From the NCBI GenBank assembly GCA_902591485.1, contig CACJAV010000002.1, positions 55,172-119,171 of the forward strand: 64,000 nt of DNA, written 5' to 3'. The stretch comes from an uncultured Alphaproteobacteria bacterium (lineage in GTDB: Bacteria > Pseudomonadota > Alphaproteobacteria > HIMB59 > GCA-002718135). The notes under the pieces were generated by a model. It worked only from the letters and a program-made list of their open reading frames with translations. It was not told the DNA's origin and did no database searches. How positions within the stretch are numbered: position 1 is the first letter of the stretch; each line of letters starts with the position of its first letter. Positions 1 to 10,651 of the stretch are shown here, piece by piece. A program made the position numbers and the translations under genes.

Positions 1-225
1 GCAAAGAGAACAGGAGCAAAAGTCAAAGGACCAATTCCTTTACCAACAAGATTTGAAAAATTTACTGTAAACAAATCACCCCACGTTGATAAAAAAAGTA
101 GAGATCAATTTGAAATTCGAACACACAATAGGCTAATAGATATAATTGATCCAACCCCTCAAACAGTAGATGCCCTTATGAAACTAGATTTATCAGCAGG
201 CGTTGAGGTAGATATAAAGATTTAG
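1..225 (+). CDS. rpsJ: 30S ribosomal protein S10, C-terminal part (5' end lies outside the window)
   Basis: Frame 1 is open from base 1 to TAG at 223-225. The translation (..[49 protein letters not shown]) matches the S10 C-terminus, and the gene sits directly upstream of rplC. It is absent from the ORF track because it has no start codon. Confidence 0.93.
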   Translation, partial: AKRTGAKVKGPIPLPTRFEKFTVNKSPHVDKKSRDQFEIRTHNRLIDIIDPTPQTVDALMKLDLSAGVEVDIKI

Positions 226-227
226 AT

Positions 228-875
228 ATGAAAAATAGAACAGGTTTAATTGCAACAAAAATTGGAAATAGTTCATACTTCAGTGATAATGGAAAAGTAA
301 TACCAGTTACTTTACTTAGAGTTGATGAATGCATCGTATCAAACATTAAAACTTTAGAAAAAGATGGTTACACCTCTCTTCAAGTTGCTTCAATTGATGG
401 TAAATCTGATTTAAAAAAAATTAATAAACCTCAACAAAAATTATTTGCAAACATAAAAACAACTCCAAAAAAAATAATTAAAGAATTTAGAGTTGACCCA
501 GAAAATACTCTTGAAGTAGGAACTAAACTTGATGTCTCTCATTTCCAAAAAGATCAGTATGTTGATGTTACATCTAAATCAATTGGTAAAGGTTTTGCTG
601 GAGCTATGAAAAGGCATAATTTTGGAGGTTTAAGAGCATCTCATGGTGTTTCTATTTCTCATAGATCTCATGGATCTACTGGACAAAATCAAGATCCAGG
701 AAAAGTTTTTAAAGGAAAAAAAATGGCCGGTCATATGGGTGCTAGAAAAGTAACTAAACTAAATCTTAAAGTTATTGATATAGACGAAGTAAATAAATTA
801 CTTATTATAAATGGATCTGTCCCTGGAAGAAAAAACTCAGTTGTTTTTGTTAGGGACGCGATAAAGAAAAATTAA
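228..875 (+). CDS. rplC: 50S ribosomal protein L3
   Basis: 215 aa with L3 motifs (GKGFAGAMKRHNFGG, SHGSTGQNQDPGKVFKGKKMAGHMG). Position matches the S10 operon order. Confidence 0.97.
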   Translation: MKNRTGLIATKIGNSSYFSDNGKVIPVTLLRVDECIVSNIKTLEKDGYTSLQVASIDGKSDLKKINKPQQKLFANIKTTPKKIIKEFRVDPENTLEVGTKLDVSHFQKDQYVDVTSKSIGKGFAGAMKRHNFGGLRASHGVSISHRSHGSTGQNQDPGKVFKGKKMAGHMGARKVTKLNLKVIDIDEVNKLLIINGSVPGRKNSVVFVRDAIKKN

Positions 876-877
876 TT

Positions 878-1501
878 ATGAAAAAACAAGTTGTTAACTT
901 AGAAAATAAGAAAATAAAAGACATCGATATTGATGGAGATATTTTTGGAATTAAAATTTTACCTGATATAATTCATCAGTATATTAGATACCAGAATGCT
1001 AGGTCACGACAAGGAACACATAAAACTAAATCAAGATCTGAAGTAAGTGGAAGAGCAAAAAAACCATTTTCTCAAAAAGGTACTGGCAATGCGAGACAGG
1101 GAAGCAGTAAACCCCCTCATTTTAGAGGTGGGGCAACATCTATGGGACCAACACCAAGAGATCATTCTTTTTCCCTCAATAAAAAAGAAAAAAAACTAGC
1201 TCTCAAATCCGCTTTATCTTCAAAGTTATATGAAAATGAGATTATAATTTTAGACAAACTTGAAGTAAAAACACATAAAACTAAAGATTTAATGTCTAAC
1301 CTAAATAATTTTGATTTTAATTCTGCTTTGTTTGTTTTTGGTGACGATAAAATAAATGACAACTTTAAAAAGGCTTCTTCAAATATACCCCACGTTTCAA
1401 CTCTTAATTGTAGTGGAATAAATGTTAAAGATTTAATAACAAATCATAAGATTTTTATTGATGAAAAATCTATTGATCAAATAACCAAAAGATTATCATG
1501 A
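878..1501 (+). CDS. rplD: 50S ribosomal protein L4
   Basis: 207 aa containing KPFSQKGTGNARQGS, typical of L4. It lies between L3 and L23. Confidence 0.96.
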   Translation: MKKQVVNLENKKIKDIDIDGDIFGIKILPDIIHQYIRYQNARSRQGTHKTKSRSEVSGRAKKPFSQKGTGNARQGSSKPPHFRGGATSMGPTPRDHSFSLNKKEKKLALKSALSSKLYENEIIILDKLEVKTHKTKDLMSNLNNFDFNSALFVFGDDKINDNFKKASSNIPHVSTLNCSGINVKDLITNHKIFIDEKSIDQITKRLS

Positions 1502-1812
1502 AAAGTAAAATCAAAATATCTGATGAAAAAGCTTTAAGCATCATCCATAAACCAATGCTTACTGAAAAATCTACAAATTTAAATCAGTTTAACCAATATA
1601 CTTTCGTCGTTGATAAAAAATCAAACTCTTATGATATTCAACAAGCAATAGAGAAAATTTTTAAAGTTAAAGTAACCAAAGTTAACACTGCTATTATTAG
1701 AGGTAAGCTCAAATCTTTCAAAGGTAATATTGGTTATAAAAAAGATATAAAAAAAGCCATTGTTACTCTTGCTGAGGGTAATACAATTGATTCTTCTTTG
1801 GAGATTAAATAA
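1498..1812 (+). CDS. rplW: 50S ribosomal protein L23
   Basis: 104 aa with an ATGA overlap onto rplD. L23-like sequence (KPMLTEKS.., KVTKVNT) in the conserved position. Confidence 0.95.
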   Translation: MKSKIKISDEKALSIIHKPMLTEKSTNLNQFNQYTFVVDKKSNSYDIQQAIEKIFKVKVTKVNTAIIRGKLKSFKGNIGYKKDIKKAIVTLAEGNTIDSSLEIK

Positions 1813-2633
1813 TGCTTATAAAATTAAAACCTAATACACCAGGACAAAGAGGAACTGTTTTAGTATCAAAAAAACACTTATCCAAAGATAAGCCATTTAA
1901 AACACTTACTAAGGCTCAAAAATCTACTGGAGGAAGAAACAATCAAGGTAGAATAACTTCCAGAAGAATGGGAGGTGGTGTTAAAAGAAAATACAGAATT
2001 ATTGACTTTAAAAGAAATAAATTTGATATAACTGCAGAAGTTATTAGAAATGAATACGATCCGAACAGATCTGCGTTTATCTCATTAATAAAGTATGACG
2101 ACGGTGAATACAGATACATTCTTTCACCAAAAAACGTTTCTGTAGGTGACAAATTATCGTCTGGATTGAATGTTGAGATTAAAGATGGAAATTGTCTTCC
2201 ATTAAAAAATATACCTGTTGGAACTTTTGTACATAATGTTGAGATAAAACCTGGCGCTGGTGGACAACTTGTAAGATCTGCAGGAACATCCGCTCAAATA
2301 GTTTCTAAAGAAGATCTATATGTACAATTAAAATTAGTTTCAGGCGAAATAAGACTGATTAATAAAAACTCAATGGCTACAGTAGGCGTATTATCTAATC
2401 CAGATAATAAAAATATTAAATTAGGTAAAGCAGGAAGAAAAAGATATCTTGGTTTCCGCCCAAAAGTTAGAGGCGTAGTGATGAATCCTGTAGACCACCC
2501 TCATGGTGGTGGTGAAGGTAGAACTTCGGGAGGTAGGCACCCAGTTACTCCGTGGGGTGTTTCTACAAAAGGTAAAAAAACTCGAAGTAATAAAAAAACA
2601 AATACTTTCATAATTAAAAGAAGGAAAAAATAA
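1812..2633 (+). CDS. rplB: 50S ribosomal protein L2
   Basis: 273 aa with the L2 signature [27 protein letters not shown]. Confidence 0.98.
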   Translation: MLIKLKPNTPGQRGTVLVSKKHLSKDKPFKTLTKAQKSTGGRNNQGRITSRRMGGGVKRKYRIIDFKRNKFDITAEVIRNEYDPNRSAFISLIKYDDGEYRYILSPKNVSVGDKLSSGLNVEIKDGNCLPLKNIPVGTFVHNVEIKPGAGGQLVRSAGTSAQIVSKEDLYVQLKLVSGEIRLINKNSMATVGVLSNPDNKNIKLGKAGRKRYLGFRPKVRGVVMNPVDHPHGGGEGRTSGGRHPVTPWGVSTKGKKTRSNKKTNTFIIKRRKK

Positions 2634-2911
2634 TGGCTAGATCAGTTTGGAAAGGACCTTTTGTTGATATTAATTTAGTAAAAAAAGCTGAAAAAGTATC
2701 TGAGTCGGGAAGAAAAGAGGTAATAAAAACTTGGTCAAGAAGATCAACTATACTTCCGCAGTTTGTTGGACTGACATTTGGAGTTTATAATGGACAAAAG
2801 TTTGTTCCTGTTAGTGTCACTGAACATATGGTAGGGCATAAATTAGGAGAGTTCTCACCTACAAGAAATTTTAAAGGTCATACTGCAGCAGATAAGAAAG
2901 CTGGAAAATAA
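2633..2911 (+). CDS. rpsS: 30S ribosomal protein S19
   Basis: 92 aa starting [12 protein letters not shown].., with [16 protein letters not shown]. Confidence 0.98.
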   Translation: MARSVWKGPFVDINLVKKAEKVSESGRKEVIKTWSRRSTILPQFVGLTFGVYNGQKFVPVSVTEHMVGHKLGEFSPTRNFKGHTAADKKAGK

Positions 2912-2914
2912 AAC

Positions 2915-3283
2915 ATGAGTATAGAAAATACATCAATTGCAAAAGATAACACAATTAGAACTAGTCAGCTAAAACTTGCTAATATTGCTAGATTAATTGT
3001 TAATCAAAAAGTTAATAAGGCAGTTGAACAACTCAAATTTTCAAAAAAAAGAGTTTCTCAAAATGTACTTAAAGTTCTAAACTCAGCAATTGCAAATGCT
3101 GAAAATAACAAGCAGTTAGATATTGATAACTTGTATGTTAAAGAAGCATATGTTGGAAAGAGTTTAAGTATGAAAAGATTTAGACCAAGAGCTAAAGGAA
3201 GAGCTTCATCAATTTTAAAACCATTTAGTAAGCTGACGATAATATTGGAAGAAAGAATAAATAAAAAAAAGGAAAATAAATAA
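2915..3283 (+). CDS. rplV: 50S ribosomal protein L22
   Basis: 122 aa. L22-like sequence ([18 protein letters not shown]) in the S19-L22-S3 order. Confidence 0.95.
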   Translation: MSIENTSIAKDNTIRTSQLKLANIARLIVNQKVNKAVEQLKFSKKRVSQNVLKVLNSAIANAENNKQLDIDNLYVKEAYVGKSLSMKRFRPRAKGRASSILKPFSKLTIILEERINKKKENK

Positions 3284-3285
3284 AC

Positions 3286-3963
3286 ATGGGACAAAAAGTT
3301 AATCCAAACGGTATAAGGCTAGGTATTAATAGAACATGGTCATCAAGATGGTTTTCAAGTTCAGATTATTTAAAACTCCTTCATCAAGATTTAGAAATAA
3401 AGCAATTTATTGAAACAAAATTAAAAAACGCAAGTATTTCTAAGGTCAATATTGAAAGAGCGGCAAAAAAATTAAGAATTTCAATTTATAGTTCTAGACC
3501 TGGAATCATCATTGGGAAAAAAGGTGCGGACATAGAAGCTCTTAAAAATAAATTATCATCACTATCAAATTTAGAAGTTTTTCTTGATATTAAGGAAGTG
3601 AGAAAGCCGGAAGTTGAAGCAAAACTTGTTGCAGAAAACATAGCCTCACAACTTGAAAGACGAATTTCTTTTAGAAGAGCTATGAAAAAAGCTGTTCAAT
3701 CTTCAATGAGATTAGGTGCAAAAGGAGTTAAGGTTGTTTGTAGTGGAAGATTAGGTGGAGCAGAAATTGCGAGAACTGAAAAATATCATGAGGGTAGTGT
3801 CCCACTTCATACATTAAGAAGTGATATAGACTATGCTCAAGCAGAGGCTGAAACAACTTATGGTATATGCGGTATTAAAGTATGGATTAACAAAGGTGAT
3901 ATTCTTGGCAAAGATCCATATGCTAGTGAAAACAAACAAATCGAAATGGGGAGTGTTAGATAA
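3286..3963 (+). CDS. rpsC: 30S ribosomal protein S3
   Basis: 225 aa starting [13 protein letters not shown], with a KH domain and [12 protein letters not shown]. Confidence 0.98.
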   Translation: MGQKVNPNGIRLGINRTWSSRWFSSSDYLKLLHQDLEIKQFIETKLKNASISKVNIERAAKKLRISIYSSRPGIIIGKKGADIEALKNKLSSLSNLEVFLDIKEVRKPEVEAKLVAENIASQLERRISFRRAMKKAVQSSMRLGAKGVKVVCSGRLGGAEIARTEKYHEGSVPLHTLRSDIDYAQAEAETTYGICGIKVWINKGDILGKDPYASENKQIEMGSVR

Positions 3964-4379
3964 TGAATATGCTGTCCCCAAAAAAGACTAAATTTCGTAA
4001 ACAATTTAAAGGTAGAATACATGGTAATTCAAAAGGAAATTATGCCTTAAATTATGGCAGTTTCGGATTAAAAGCTTTACAGCCTGAGAGAATTACATCA
4101 AGACAAATTGAGTCTGCAAGAAAAGCAATTACAAGACATTTAAAAAGAGCAGGAAAAATGTGGATAAGGATCTTTCCTGATGTACCAGTTTCAAAAAAAC
4201 CAGCTGAAGTAAGAATGGGTAAGGGTAAAGGGTCTAATGAATATTGGGCTTGTCGTGTTAAGCCAGGAAGGATTATGTTTGAAATTGATGGAGTTAATGT
4301 CGCTGATGCTAAAAAAGCTATGTCTTTGGCTGCTGCCAAACTCCCAATTAAATGTAAGTTTGTTGAAAGAAATATATGA
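3963..4379 (+). CDS. rplP: 50S ribosomal protein L16
   Basis: 138 aa starting [16 protein letters not shown], with VRMGKGKG. Confidence 0.98.
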   Translation: MNMLSPKKTKFRKQFKGRIHGNSKGNYALNYGSFGLKALQPERITSRQIESARKAITRHLKRAGKMWIRIFPDVPVSKKPAEVRMGKGKGSNEYWACRVKPGRIMFEIDGVNVADAKKAMSLAAAKLPIKCKFVERNI

Positions 4380-4576
4380 TTAATAAAAAACAAAATAGCA
4401 GTAATTTATCAAAAATGAGAGCAGAAGTAGTAGCTTTAAAAAGAAATATGATGAACTTAAAATTTCAAAAATCAACTGGTCAGTTAGAAAAAACTGCAGA
4501 AATAAAAAAAACAAGATTAAAGATTGCAAGGATCAAAACTAATATGAATCAAATTTTGGGAGATCAAGATGCCTAA
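4376..4576 (+). CDS. rpmC: 50S ribosomal protein L29
   Basis: 66 aa small helical protein between L16 and S17, with an ATGA overlap onto rplP. Confidence 0.9.
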   Translation: MINKKQNSSNLSKMRAEVVALKRNMMNLKFQKSTGQLEKTAEIKKTRLKIARIKTNMNQILGDQDA

Positions 4577-4814
4577 AAGAATACTTTCAGGAACTGTTGT
4601 TTCAGCAAATTCAAATAAAACCATAGTCGTAAAAGTAACCAGAAGAGTAAAACACAAACTTTATAAAAAAATTATTAGCTTATCTAAAAATTATCATGTC
4701 CATGACGAAGAAAATTTATACAAAAGTGGTGATAAAGTTAACATTATTGAATCTAAACCAATCTCAAAACTTAAAAAATGGATGGTTGTGAACAATGTAG
4801 GTGATCCAAAATGA
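4569..4814 (+). CDS. rpsQ: 30S ribosomal protein S17
   Basis: 81 aa with an S17-like GTVVS..KTIVVKV..HKLYKK..HDE motif. Confidence 0.95.
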   Translation: MPKRILSGTVVSANSNKTIVVKVTRRVKHKLYKKIISLSKNYHVHDEENLYKSGDKVNIIESKPISKLKKWMVVNNVGDPK

Positions 4815-5179
4815 TACAAATGCAATCTAATCTTTTTGTTGCTGACAATTCTGGAGCTAGAAGAGTTCAATGCATCAAGGTGCTTGGTGGATCTAAAAGA
4901 AGATTTGCCTCTATTGGTGATATTATAGTTGTTTCTGTGAAGGACGCTATACCAAGAGCTAAAGTAAAAAAAGGTGAAGTCTTTAAAGCTGTTATCGTTA
5001 GAACATCAAAATCATTTGGAAGGACCGATGGTTCAACTATTAAATTTGATAGAAATGCTGCAGTTTTGTTAGATAAACAAGAAGAACCCATAGCTACTAG
5101 AATATTTGGTCCAGTTACAAGAGAGCTTAGAACTAAGAAGTTTATGAAAATAATAAGTCTTGCACCAGAGGTACTCTAA
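4811..5179 (+). CDS. rplN: 50S ribosomal protein L14
   Basis: 122 aa starting [15 protein letters not shown], ending SLAPEVL. Confidence 0.98.
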   Translation: MIQMQSNLFVADNSGARRVQCIKVLGGSKRRFASIGDIIVVSVKDAIPRAKVKKGEVFKAVIVRTSKSFGRTDGSTIKFDRNAAVLLDKQEEPIATRIFGPVTRELRTKKFMKIISLAPEVL

Positions 5180-5497
5180 ATGAATATTAAACTTAAGATA
5201 AAAAAAGGAGATGAAGTGATTGTACTTGCTGGTAAAGATAAAGGAAAAAAAGGTAAGATAGTCAAGCTGCTACCAAAACTAAATAAAGCAATTGTATCTG
5301 ATATTAATAAAGTTAAAAAGCATCAAAAGCCTGGCAACAATGAACCTGGCGGAATTGTAGAAAAAGAAATGCCCATTCATATTTCTAACTTAAATTACTT
5401 TGATCCTAAATTAAATCAAGGTGTTAGAATTGGATTTAAATTAAACAAAGATGGTAAAAAAGTAAGAGTAAATAAAAAAACTGGGGCTGAAATTTAA
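5180..5497 (+). CDS. rplX: 50S ribosomal protein L24
   Basis: 105 aa with a KOW motif (IKKGDEVIVLAGKDKGKKGKI). Confidence 0.95.
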   Translation: MNIKLKIKKGDEVIVLAGKDKGKKGKIVKLLPKLNKAIVSDINKVKKHQKPGNNEPGGIVEKEMPIHISNLNYFDPKLNQGVRIGFKLNKDGKKVRVNKKTGAEI

Positions 5498-5498
5498 A

Positions 5499-6050
5499 AT
5501 GACTAGACTGCTTGAGAATTATAAAAATAATATAGTTGATGATCTGAAAAAAAGACTAAGCGTTAACAATATTCATGAAGTTCCTAAGATAACAAAAATT
5601 GTTATTAACATGGGAATTGGTGATGCTAAAGAAGACTCAAAACTCATAGACAAAGCTCAAGAGGAGTTATCTCTAATTTCGGGTCAAAAAGCTATAAAAA
5701 CAAAAGCTAAGAAAGCAATTGCAGGTTTTAAAATTAGAGCTGGAATGCCATTAGGGGCTTCAGTAACCTTAAGGAATAAAATTATGTACGAGTTTTTGGA
5801 TAGATTAGTTAACATTGCCATTCCACGAATAAGAGATTTTAGAGGCTTAAATCCAAAAAGTTTTGATGGAAATGGAAACTACTCAATGGGGATCAAAGAG
5901 CAAATAATATTTCCAGAAATAAATTATGACAAAATAGATAAAGTGAGAGGACTAAATATTACAATTTGCACAACTGCAAAAAATAACAATGATAGTTTAG
6001 AATTGCTAAAGTCTTTTAACATGCCTTTTGCAGGCGGAGAGGAAAATTAA
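5499..6050 (+). CDS. rplE: 50S ribosomal protein L5
   Basis: 183 aa containing PRIRDFRGLNPKSFDGNGNYSMGIKEQIIFPEI. Confidence 0.97.
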   Translation: MTRLLENYKNNIVDDLKKRLSVNNIHEVPKITKIVINMGIGDAKEDSKLIDKAQEELSLISGQKAIKTKAKKAIAGFKIRAGMPLGASVTLRNKIMYEFLDRLVNIAIPRIRDFRGLNPKSFDGNGNYSMGIKEQIIFPEINYDKIDKVRGLNITICTTAKNNNDSLELLKSFNMPFAGGEEN

Positions 6051-6055
6051 TTTAA

Positions 6056-6361
6056 ATGGCAAAATTAAGTTCAGTTCAGAAAAATCTAAATAGATTAAAA
6101 TTAATTGAGAAATTCAGTAACAAAAGAAAAGTTCTTAAGAAAAAAATTATGGATAAAACTATTTCTATTGAAGAGAGACTTAAACTTCAAAATAAATTGA
6201 ATGATCTTCCAAGAAATAGCGCAAACATTAGATATCGCAATAGATGTAAATTAACTGGAAGAACAAGAGGTGTTTACAGGAAATTTGGTCTTTCAAGAAT
6301 TAAAATTAGGGAATTATCAATGTCAGGAGATTTACCGGGCATGGTAAAATCTAGTTGGTAG
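6056..6361 (+). CDS. rpsN: 30S ribosomal protein S14 (long, non-zinc type)
   Basis: 101 aa containing RNRCKLTGR.RGVYRKFGLSRIK.RE and ending with W. It lacks the CxxC pairs of the zinc-binding type. Confidence 0.96.
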   Translation: MAKLSSVQKNLNRLKLIEKFSNKRKVLKKKIMDKTISIEERLKLQNKLNDLPRNSANIRYRNRCKLTGRTRGVYRKFGLSRIKIRELSMSGDLPGMVKSSW

Positions 6362-6370
6362 GAGAATAAT

Positions 6371-6769
6371 ATGGCTTTTAATGACTCTTTATCAGATATG
6401 TTAGCAAGAATAAAAAATGCTCATAGAGCAAGAAAATCTATAACCTCATGTTATAAATCTAACCTTAATATGAATGTTTTATCTGTATTAAAAGACGAAG
6501 GATATATTAGAGATTTCAAAAATGTTGAAGTAAGAAAGGGAGTTAGCTCTATCCAAATCGATCTTAAATATTACAATGGAACGCCCGTTATAAAAAATAT
6601 TAGAAGAGTATCAAAGCCTGGGATTAGAGTTTATTCCAAAATTTCAGACCTGCCTAAAACTTATGGTGGCTTGGGGATATCAATTTTATCAACCTCCATG
6701 GGTGTAATGTCTGACAATAAAGCAAGGCAAAATAATGTTGGCGGCGAAATATTGTGTGAGGTATTTTAA
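6371..6769 (+). CDS. rpsH: 30S ribosomal protein S8
   Basis: 132 aa containing DSLSDMLARIKNA and GGEILCEVF. Confidence 0.97.
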   Translation: MAFNDSLSDMLARIKNAHRARKSITSCYKSNLNMNVLSVLKDEGYIRDFKNVEVRKGVSSIQIDLKYYNGTPVIKNIRRVSKPGIRVYSKISDLPKTYGGLGISILSTSMGVMSDNKARQNNVGGEILCEVF

Positions 6770-7303
6770 ATGTCTAGAATTGCTAAAAATAGTATTAATA
6801 TATCTGAAAGTGTAACCTGCAAATTTGAAAATGGCAGTTTTTATGCGAAAGGAAAATTAGGAGAAATGTCTTTAGCGGTCGATGATTTATTTAAAGTAGA
6901 AATTAATGGAAAAGAGATTTATGTTTTACCTAAAGATGAAAAAGATAAACTTAATCCAAACTGGGGCACAATGAGATCATTAATAAATAACATTGTTCAA
7001 GGTGTTGATGAAGGCTTTTCCAAAATATTAGAATTAAATGGCACTGGATATAGAGCAAGTGTTTCAGGCAATAAACTAAAATTACAACTTGGATTTAGTC
7101 ACGATATTGATTACGATGTCCCAAAAGAAGTCAAAGTTGAATGCCCAAAACAAAACATAATTAAATTATCTAGTTTTAATAAAGAAATCTTAGGAGCAAC
7201 AGCTGCTAAAATTCGTTCTTATAGAAAACCTGAGCCCTTTAAGGGTAAAGGTATAAAATATGAAAACGAGTATATCTTTAGAAAAGAAGGTAAGAAAAAA
7301 TAA
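6770..7303 (+). CDS. rplF: 50S ribosomal protein L6
   Basis: 177 aa starting MSRIAK, with RKPEPFKGKGIKY. Confidence 0.96.
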   Translation: MSRIAKNSINISESVTCKFENGSFYAKGKLGEMSLAVDDLFKVEINGKEIYVLPKDEKDKLNPNWGTMRSLINNIVQGVDEGFSKILELNGTGYRASVSGNKLKLQLGFSHDIDYDVPKEVKVECPKQNIIKLSSFNKEILGATAAKIRSYRKPEPFKGKGIKYENEYIFRKEGKKK

Positions 7304-7314
7304 GTTGGTATATT

Positions 7315-7650
7315 ATGCAAGATAAAAGAAAAAAAAGAGTAAGATATAAATTAAAAAAGGTTACTAGTAGAAAAAGATTATCAGTATTTAGATCAAATAA
7401 ACATCTATATGCACAAGTTATAGATGACAGTGTTGGAAAAACTTTAGCTAGTGCTTCTTCAAAAGAAAGAGGTATTGATAATAGCACAAAAGATAGAAAA
7501 TCTATGGCAGAAATTATTGGTAAAAATATTGCTCAACGATCAATCGAAAAGGGGATTAAAGAAGTAGCTTTTGATAAAGGTAAATACAAATATCACGGAT
7601 TAATTAAAATCCTCGCAGACTCTGCCAGAACTGAAGGTTTAATTTTTTAA
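7315..7650 (+). CDS. rplR: 50S ribosomal protein L18
   Basis: 111 aa containing RLSVFRSNKHLYAQVIDD and YHGLIKILADSARTEGL. Confidence 0.96.
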   Translation: MQDKRKKRVRYKLKKVTSRKRLSVFRSNKHLYAQVIDDSVGKTLASASSKERGIDNSTKDRKSMAEIIGKNIAQRSIEKGIKEVAFDKGKYKYHGLIKILADSARTEGLIF

Positions 7651-7659
7651 GGATAAATT

Positions 7660-8178
7660 ATGTTTGAAAACGAAAATAAAGATTTTAGTGAACATCTGGT
7701 AGCAATCAACAGAGTGGCGAAAGTTGTAAAAGGTGGAAGACGATTTGGATTTGCAGCAATAATGATTGTCGGAGATAACAAAGGTAGAGTTGGTTATGGC
7801 ACTGGCAAAGCGAAAGAGGTTCCAGAAGCCGTAAGAAAAGCATCAGAGAATGCAAAAAGTAAAATGATTAGAGTTTCTCTTAAAGATAACAGAACTATTC
7901 ATCACGACATAGTAGGTAGATATGGTGCTGGAAAAGTTATATTAAGATCTGCTGCTCCGGGAACTGGAATAATTGCTGGTGGAGCTATGAGAGCTCTTTT
8001 CGAATCTTTAGGCATAAAAGATGTAGTGGCTAAATCTACAGGTACATCTAATCCTCATAACATGCTTAAGGCTACTTTTGATGCATTTAAGAAGTCAGAG
8101 TCTCCAAAATCTGTAGCAGCAAAAAGATCAAAAAAAATAAATGAAATTATTAAAAATAAAAATTCTAAGGAAGCATAA
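7660..8178 (+). CDS. rpsE: 30S ribosomal protein S5
   Basis: 172 aa containing [38 protein letters not shown]. Confidence 0.97.
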   Translation: MFENENKDFSEHLVAINRVAKVVKGGRRFGFAAIMIVGDNKGRVGYGTGKAKEVPEAVRKASENAKSKMIRVSLKDNRTIHHDIVGRYGAGKVILRSAAPGTGIIAGGAMRALFESLGIKDVVAKSTGTSNPHNMLKATFDAFKKSESPKSVAAKRSKKINEIIKNKNSKEA

Positions 8179-8181
8179 TTT

Positions 8182-8640
8182 ATGAAAATTAATGAATTGC
8201 CATCAAGCTTAACCTCAAATATAAAAAGAAAAAGAAGAGGACGAGGAGCTGGTTCTGGATTAGGTAAAACTGCTGGGAGAGGTGTCAAAGGTCAAAAATC
8301 ACGATCTGGGGTTTCAATAAATGGATTTGAAGGTGGCCAAATGCCACTTTATAGACGTTTACCAAAAAGAGGTTTCAAAAATAAATTTCAAAAAAAAATT
8401 CAAACTATTAATTTTACAATTCTTAGTTCATTAATTTCTAAGTATAATATTGACTCAACTAATATTAAAGAGTCTGAATTATTTGAAAAGAAAATTTTAA
8501 ATAAATCAAAAGGAAGCTTGAAACTTCTAAATTATGGAGAACTGAAAGATATTATCAATATTGAAATTTCGTTTGCTTCCAAAAATGCGATTGAAAAAAT
8601 TGAAAAATTAGGCGGAAAGATAATAACAGCTAAAGAATAA
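8182..8640 (+). CDS. rplO: 50S ribosomal protein L15
   Basis: 152 aa containing RGRGAGSGLGKTAGRGVKGQKSRSG. It starts 3 nt after the rpsE stop. Confidence 0.96.
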   Translation: MKINELPSSLTSNIKRKRRGRGAGSGLGKTAGRGVKGQKSRSGVSINGFEGGQMPLYRRLPKRGFKNKFQKKIQTINFTILSSLISKYNIDSTNIKESELFEKKILNKSKGSLKLLNYGELKDIINIEISFASKNAIEKIEKLGGKIITAKE

Positions 8641-8642
8641 TT

Positions 8643-9983
8643 ATGGCTACAGCAGCAGAAAAACTTGCAGGAAATTTAAACTTTGGAGCCTTAGGAAAGG
8701 CAACTGAGCTAAAAAATAGATTATTATTTACTTTAGGCGCTCTGATTGTTTTTAGACTTGGCACATTCCTTCCTATTCCAGGAATTAATCCAGTTTCTTT
8801 GCAACAATTTTTTGAACAACAGTCATCTGGCATTTTAGGTATCTTTGACACATTCTCAGGAGGTGCGCTTGGGAGGATGGGAATTTTTGCGCTTGGAGTT
8901 ATGCCTTATATTTCAGCATCAATCATTATGACCTTGATGCAGGGATCAATACCATACATGAAGAGTCTCAAAGAACAAGGCTCAAAAGGGCAGAGGCAAC
9001 TTCGTCAAATTACTAGGTACGCGACTGTGCTTATAGCTGCACTTCAAGGTTATGGTGTGTCTATTGGTTTAGAATCAATGCAAACGGCATATGGAAACAT
9101 TGTTATTGATCCAGGTATATTCTTTAGAGTGACCACTGTAGTAACACTAGTCGGTGGGACTATTTTCTTAATGTGGTTGGGTGAACAAATAAGCTCAAGA
9201 GGTGTTGGAAATGGGATTTCATTAATAATCACTGCTGGAATCCTTGCAAATCTACCAAGTGCTTTTGTTAGTACTTTGCAGCTTGGCAGAACTGGTGAGT
9301 TGAGTGCTGCATTTATTTTAGGAATCTTAATTTTAGTCTTAGCACTAATTATTTTTATTGTTTTTATTGAAAAAGGACAAAGAAGATTAGTTGTTCAATA
9401 TCCTAAAAGACAGGTCGGAAATAAAGTTTATGGAGGTCAAAGCTCGCATTTACCTCTTAAGATTAATACAGCTGGTGTAATTCCAGTAATATTTGCATCA
9501 TCTATTTTACTTTTACCAAATACTATGTCAGGGTTTGGAGCTGGATCTTCTAGTGATATATTTTTGTTCATCTCAAGTTATCTAGGGAGAGGACAGCCAT
9601 TATATTTAGCAATTTTTGCTGCAATGATTATTTTCTTTGGCTTCTTCTATACTGGCATAGTTTTTAATCCTGATGAACAAGCAGAGAATTTAAGAAAATA
9701 TGGTGGATTTATTCCTGGTATTAGACCTGGAGAAAATACATCAAAATATATTGACTATGTACTAACTAGATTAACAACTATTGGAACAATATATCTTGCA
9801 CTAGTAGCACTTTTGCCTGAATTTTTAATATCTAAAACATCAATACCATTCTATTTAGGTGGAACAAGTTTGCTAATTGTAGTCGTTGTGATGATTGATT
9901 TTATTAATCAAGTGCAATCCCATTTATTCCAACATCAATATGAAGGTCTCTTAAAGAAAACTAAACTTAAAGGTAGAAGATAG
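8643..9983 (+). CDS. secY: Preprotein translocase subunit SecY
   Basis: 446 aa polytopic membrane protein containing GALGRMGIFALGVMPYISASII. It occupies the canonical position after rplO. Confidence 0.97.
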   Translation: MATAAEKLAGNLNFGALGKATELKNRLLFTLGALIVFRLGTFLPIPGINPVSLQQFFEQQSSGILGIFDTFSGGALGRMGIFALGVMPYISASIIMTLMQGSIPYMKSLKEQGSKGQRQLRQITRYATVLIAALQGYGVSIGLESMQTAYGNIVIDPGIFFRVTTVVTLVGGTIFLMWLGEQISSRGVGNGISLIITAGILANLPSAFVSTLQLGRTGELSAAFILGILILVLALIIFIVFIEKGQRRLVVQYPKRQVGNKVYGGQSSHLPLKINTAGVIPVIFASSILLLPNTMSGFGAGSSSDIFLFISSYLGRGQPLYLAIFAAMIIFFGFFYTGIVFNPDEQAENLRKYGGFIPGIRPGENTSKYIDYVLTRLTTIGTIYLALVALLPEFLISKTSIPFYLGGTSLLIVVVVMIDFINQVQSHLFQHQYEGLLKKTKLKGRR

Positions 9984-9986
9984 TTA

Positions 9987-10559
9987 ATGAAATTAATATT
10001 ATTCGGACCTCCAGGTTCTGGAAAAGGTACGCAAGCTTCATTAATAGCCAAAAAAATCAACATACCACATTTGTCAACTGGAGATATTTTAAGATCTAAA
10101 CTTAATGATAATGATAAATTAGCACAAGAACTGTCCCAAATTATGTCGAGTGGTAATCTTGTCCCTGACTCAATTTTGAATCCAATAGTTACTGAAAAAT
10201 TATTAAGTAGCGAATGTAAAAATGGTTTTATTTTAGATGGATATCCTCGAAACAAATCCCAATCTGACTTTCTTATAGATTTTTTAATAAAAAACAAAAT
10301 TGTCCTTAATTTAATTATAGATTTCAAAGCTGATACAAATACTATAACAAATCGAATAATCGAAAGGTCAAAAATTGAAAATCGTTCAGATGATAATCTA
10401 GAAGTTATAAAAACACGTTTAGAAAAATATTTTACTGAAACGCAACCTTTGGCTGGTTTTTTTAAAGATAATTTTAAAGGCAAGTTTTTTGAGATAAACG
10501 CAATGCAAGATATATCAAAAATAGAGTCTGAAATTGAAAAAAGGCTTCAAAATGCTTAA
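9987..10559 (+). CDS. adk: Adenylate kinase (short-LID form)
   Basis: 190 aa with P-loop GPPGSGKGTQ and the motifs HLSTGD.LR and GFILDGYPR. The LID segment is short and has no Cys4 motif. Confidence 0.95.
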   Translation: MKLILFGPPGSGKGTQASLIAKKINIPHLSTGDILRSKLNDNDKLAQELSQIMSSGNLVPDSILNPIVTEKLLSSECKNGFILDGYPRNKSQSDFLIDFLIKNKIVLNLIIDFKADTNTITNRIIERSKIENRSDDNLEVIKTRLEKYFTETQPLAGFFKDNFKGKFFEINAMQDISKIESEIEKRLQNA

Positions 10560-10651
10560 TTTTAGGCCAAATTCTCTATATCAAAGCTTGACTTTCATAT
10601 TGATATTAATGTATGCACCCTCATTCATTTTTTTAACGGGCAATTTTTAAT

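Noticed and set aside
4052-4393. 113-aa minus-strand ORF, antisense to rplP. Similar antisense ORFs occur at 1162-1362, 1943-2152, 3058-3294, 4867-5091, 7278-7487, 8055-8288 and 8630-8851.
   Set aside because: All are embedded in highly conserved ribosomal protein or secY genes and show no recognisable protein features.
9935-10483. 182-aa ORF on the minus strand, antisense to adk.
   Set aside because: It lies completely inside a well-supported adk gene. The product is low-complexity and Ser/Phe/Ile/Lys-rich with no motifs. Such frames arise opposite codon-biased genes.
10588-10616. Possible alpha-operon promoter in the 92-bp adk-rpsM gap (-35-like TTGACT at 10588-10593).
   Set aside because: No acceptable -10 hexamer lies 16-18 nt downstream (GTATGC/TATGCA only). 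A promoter is probably in this gap, but I cannot place it.
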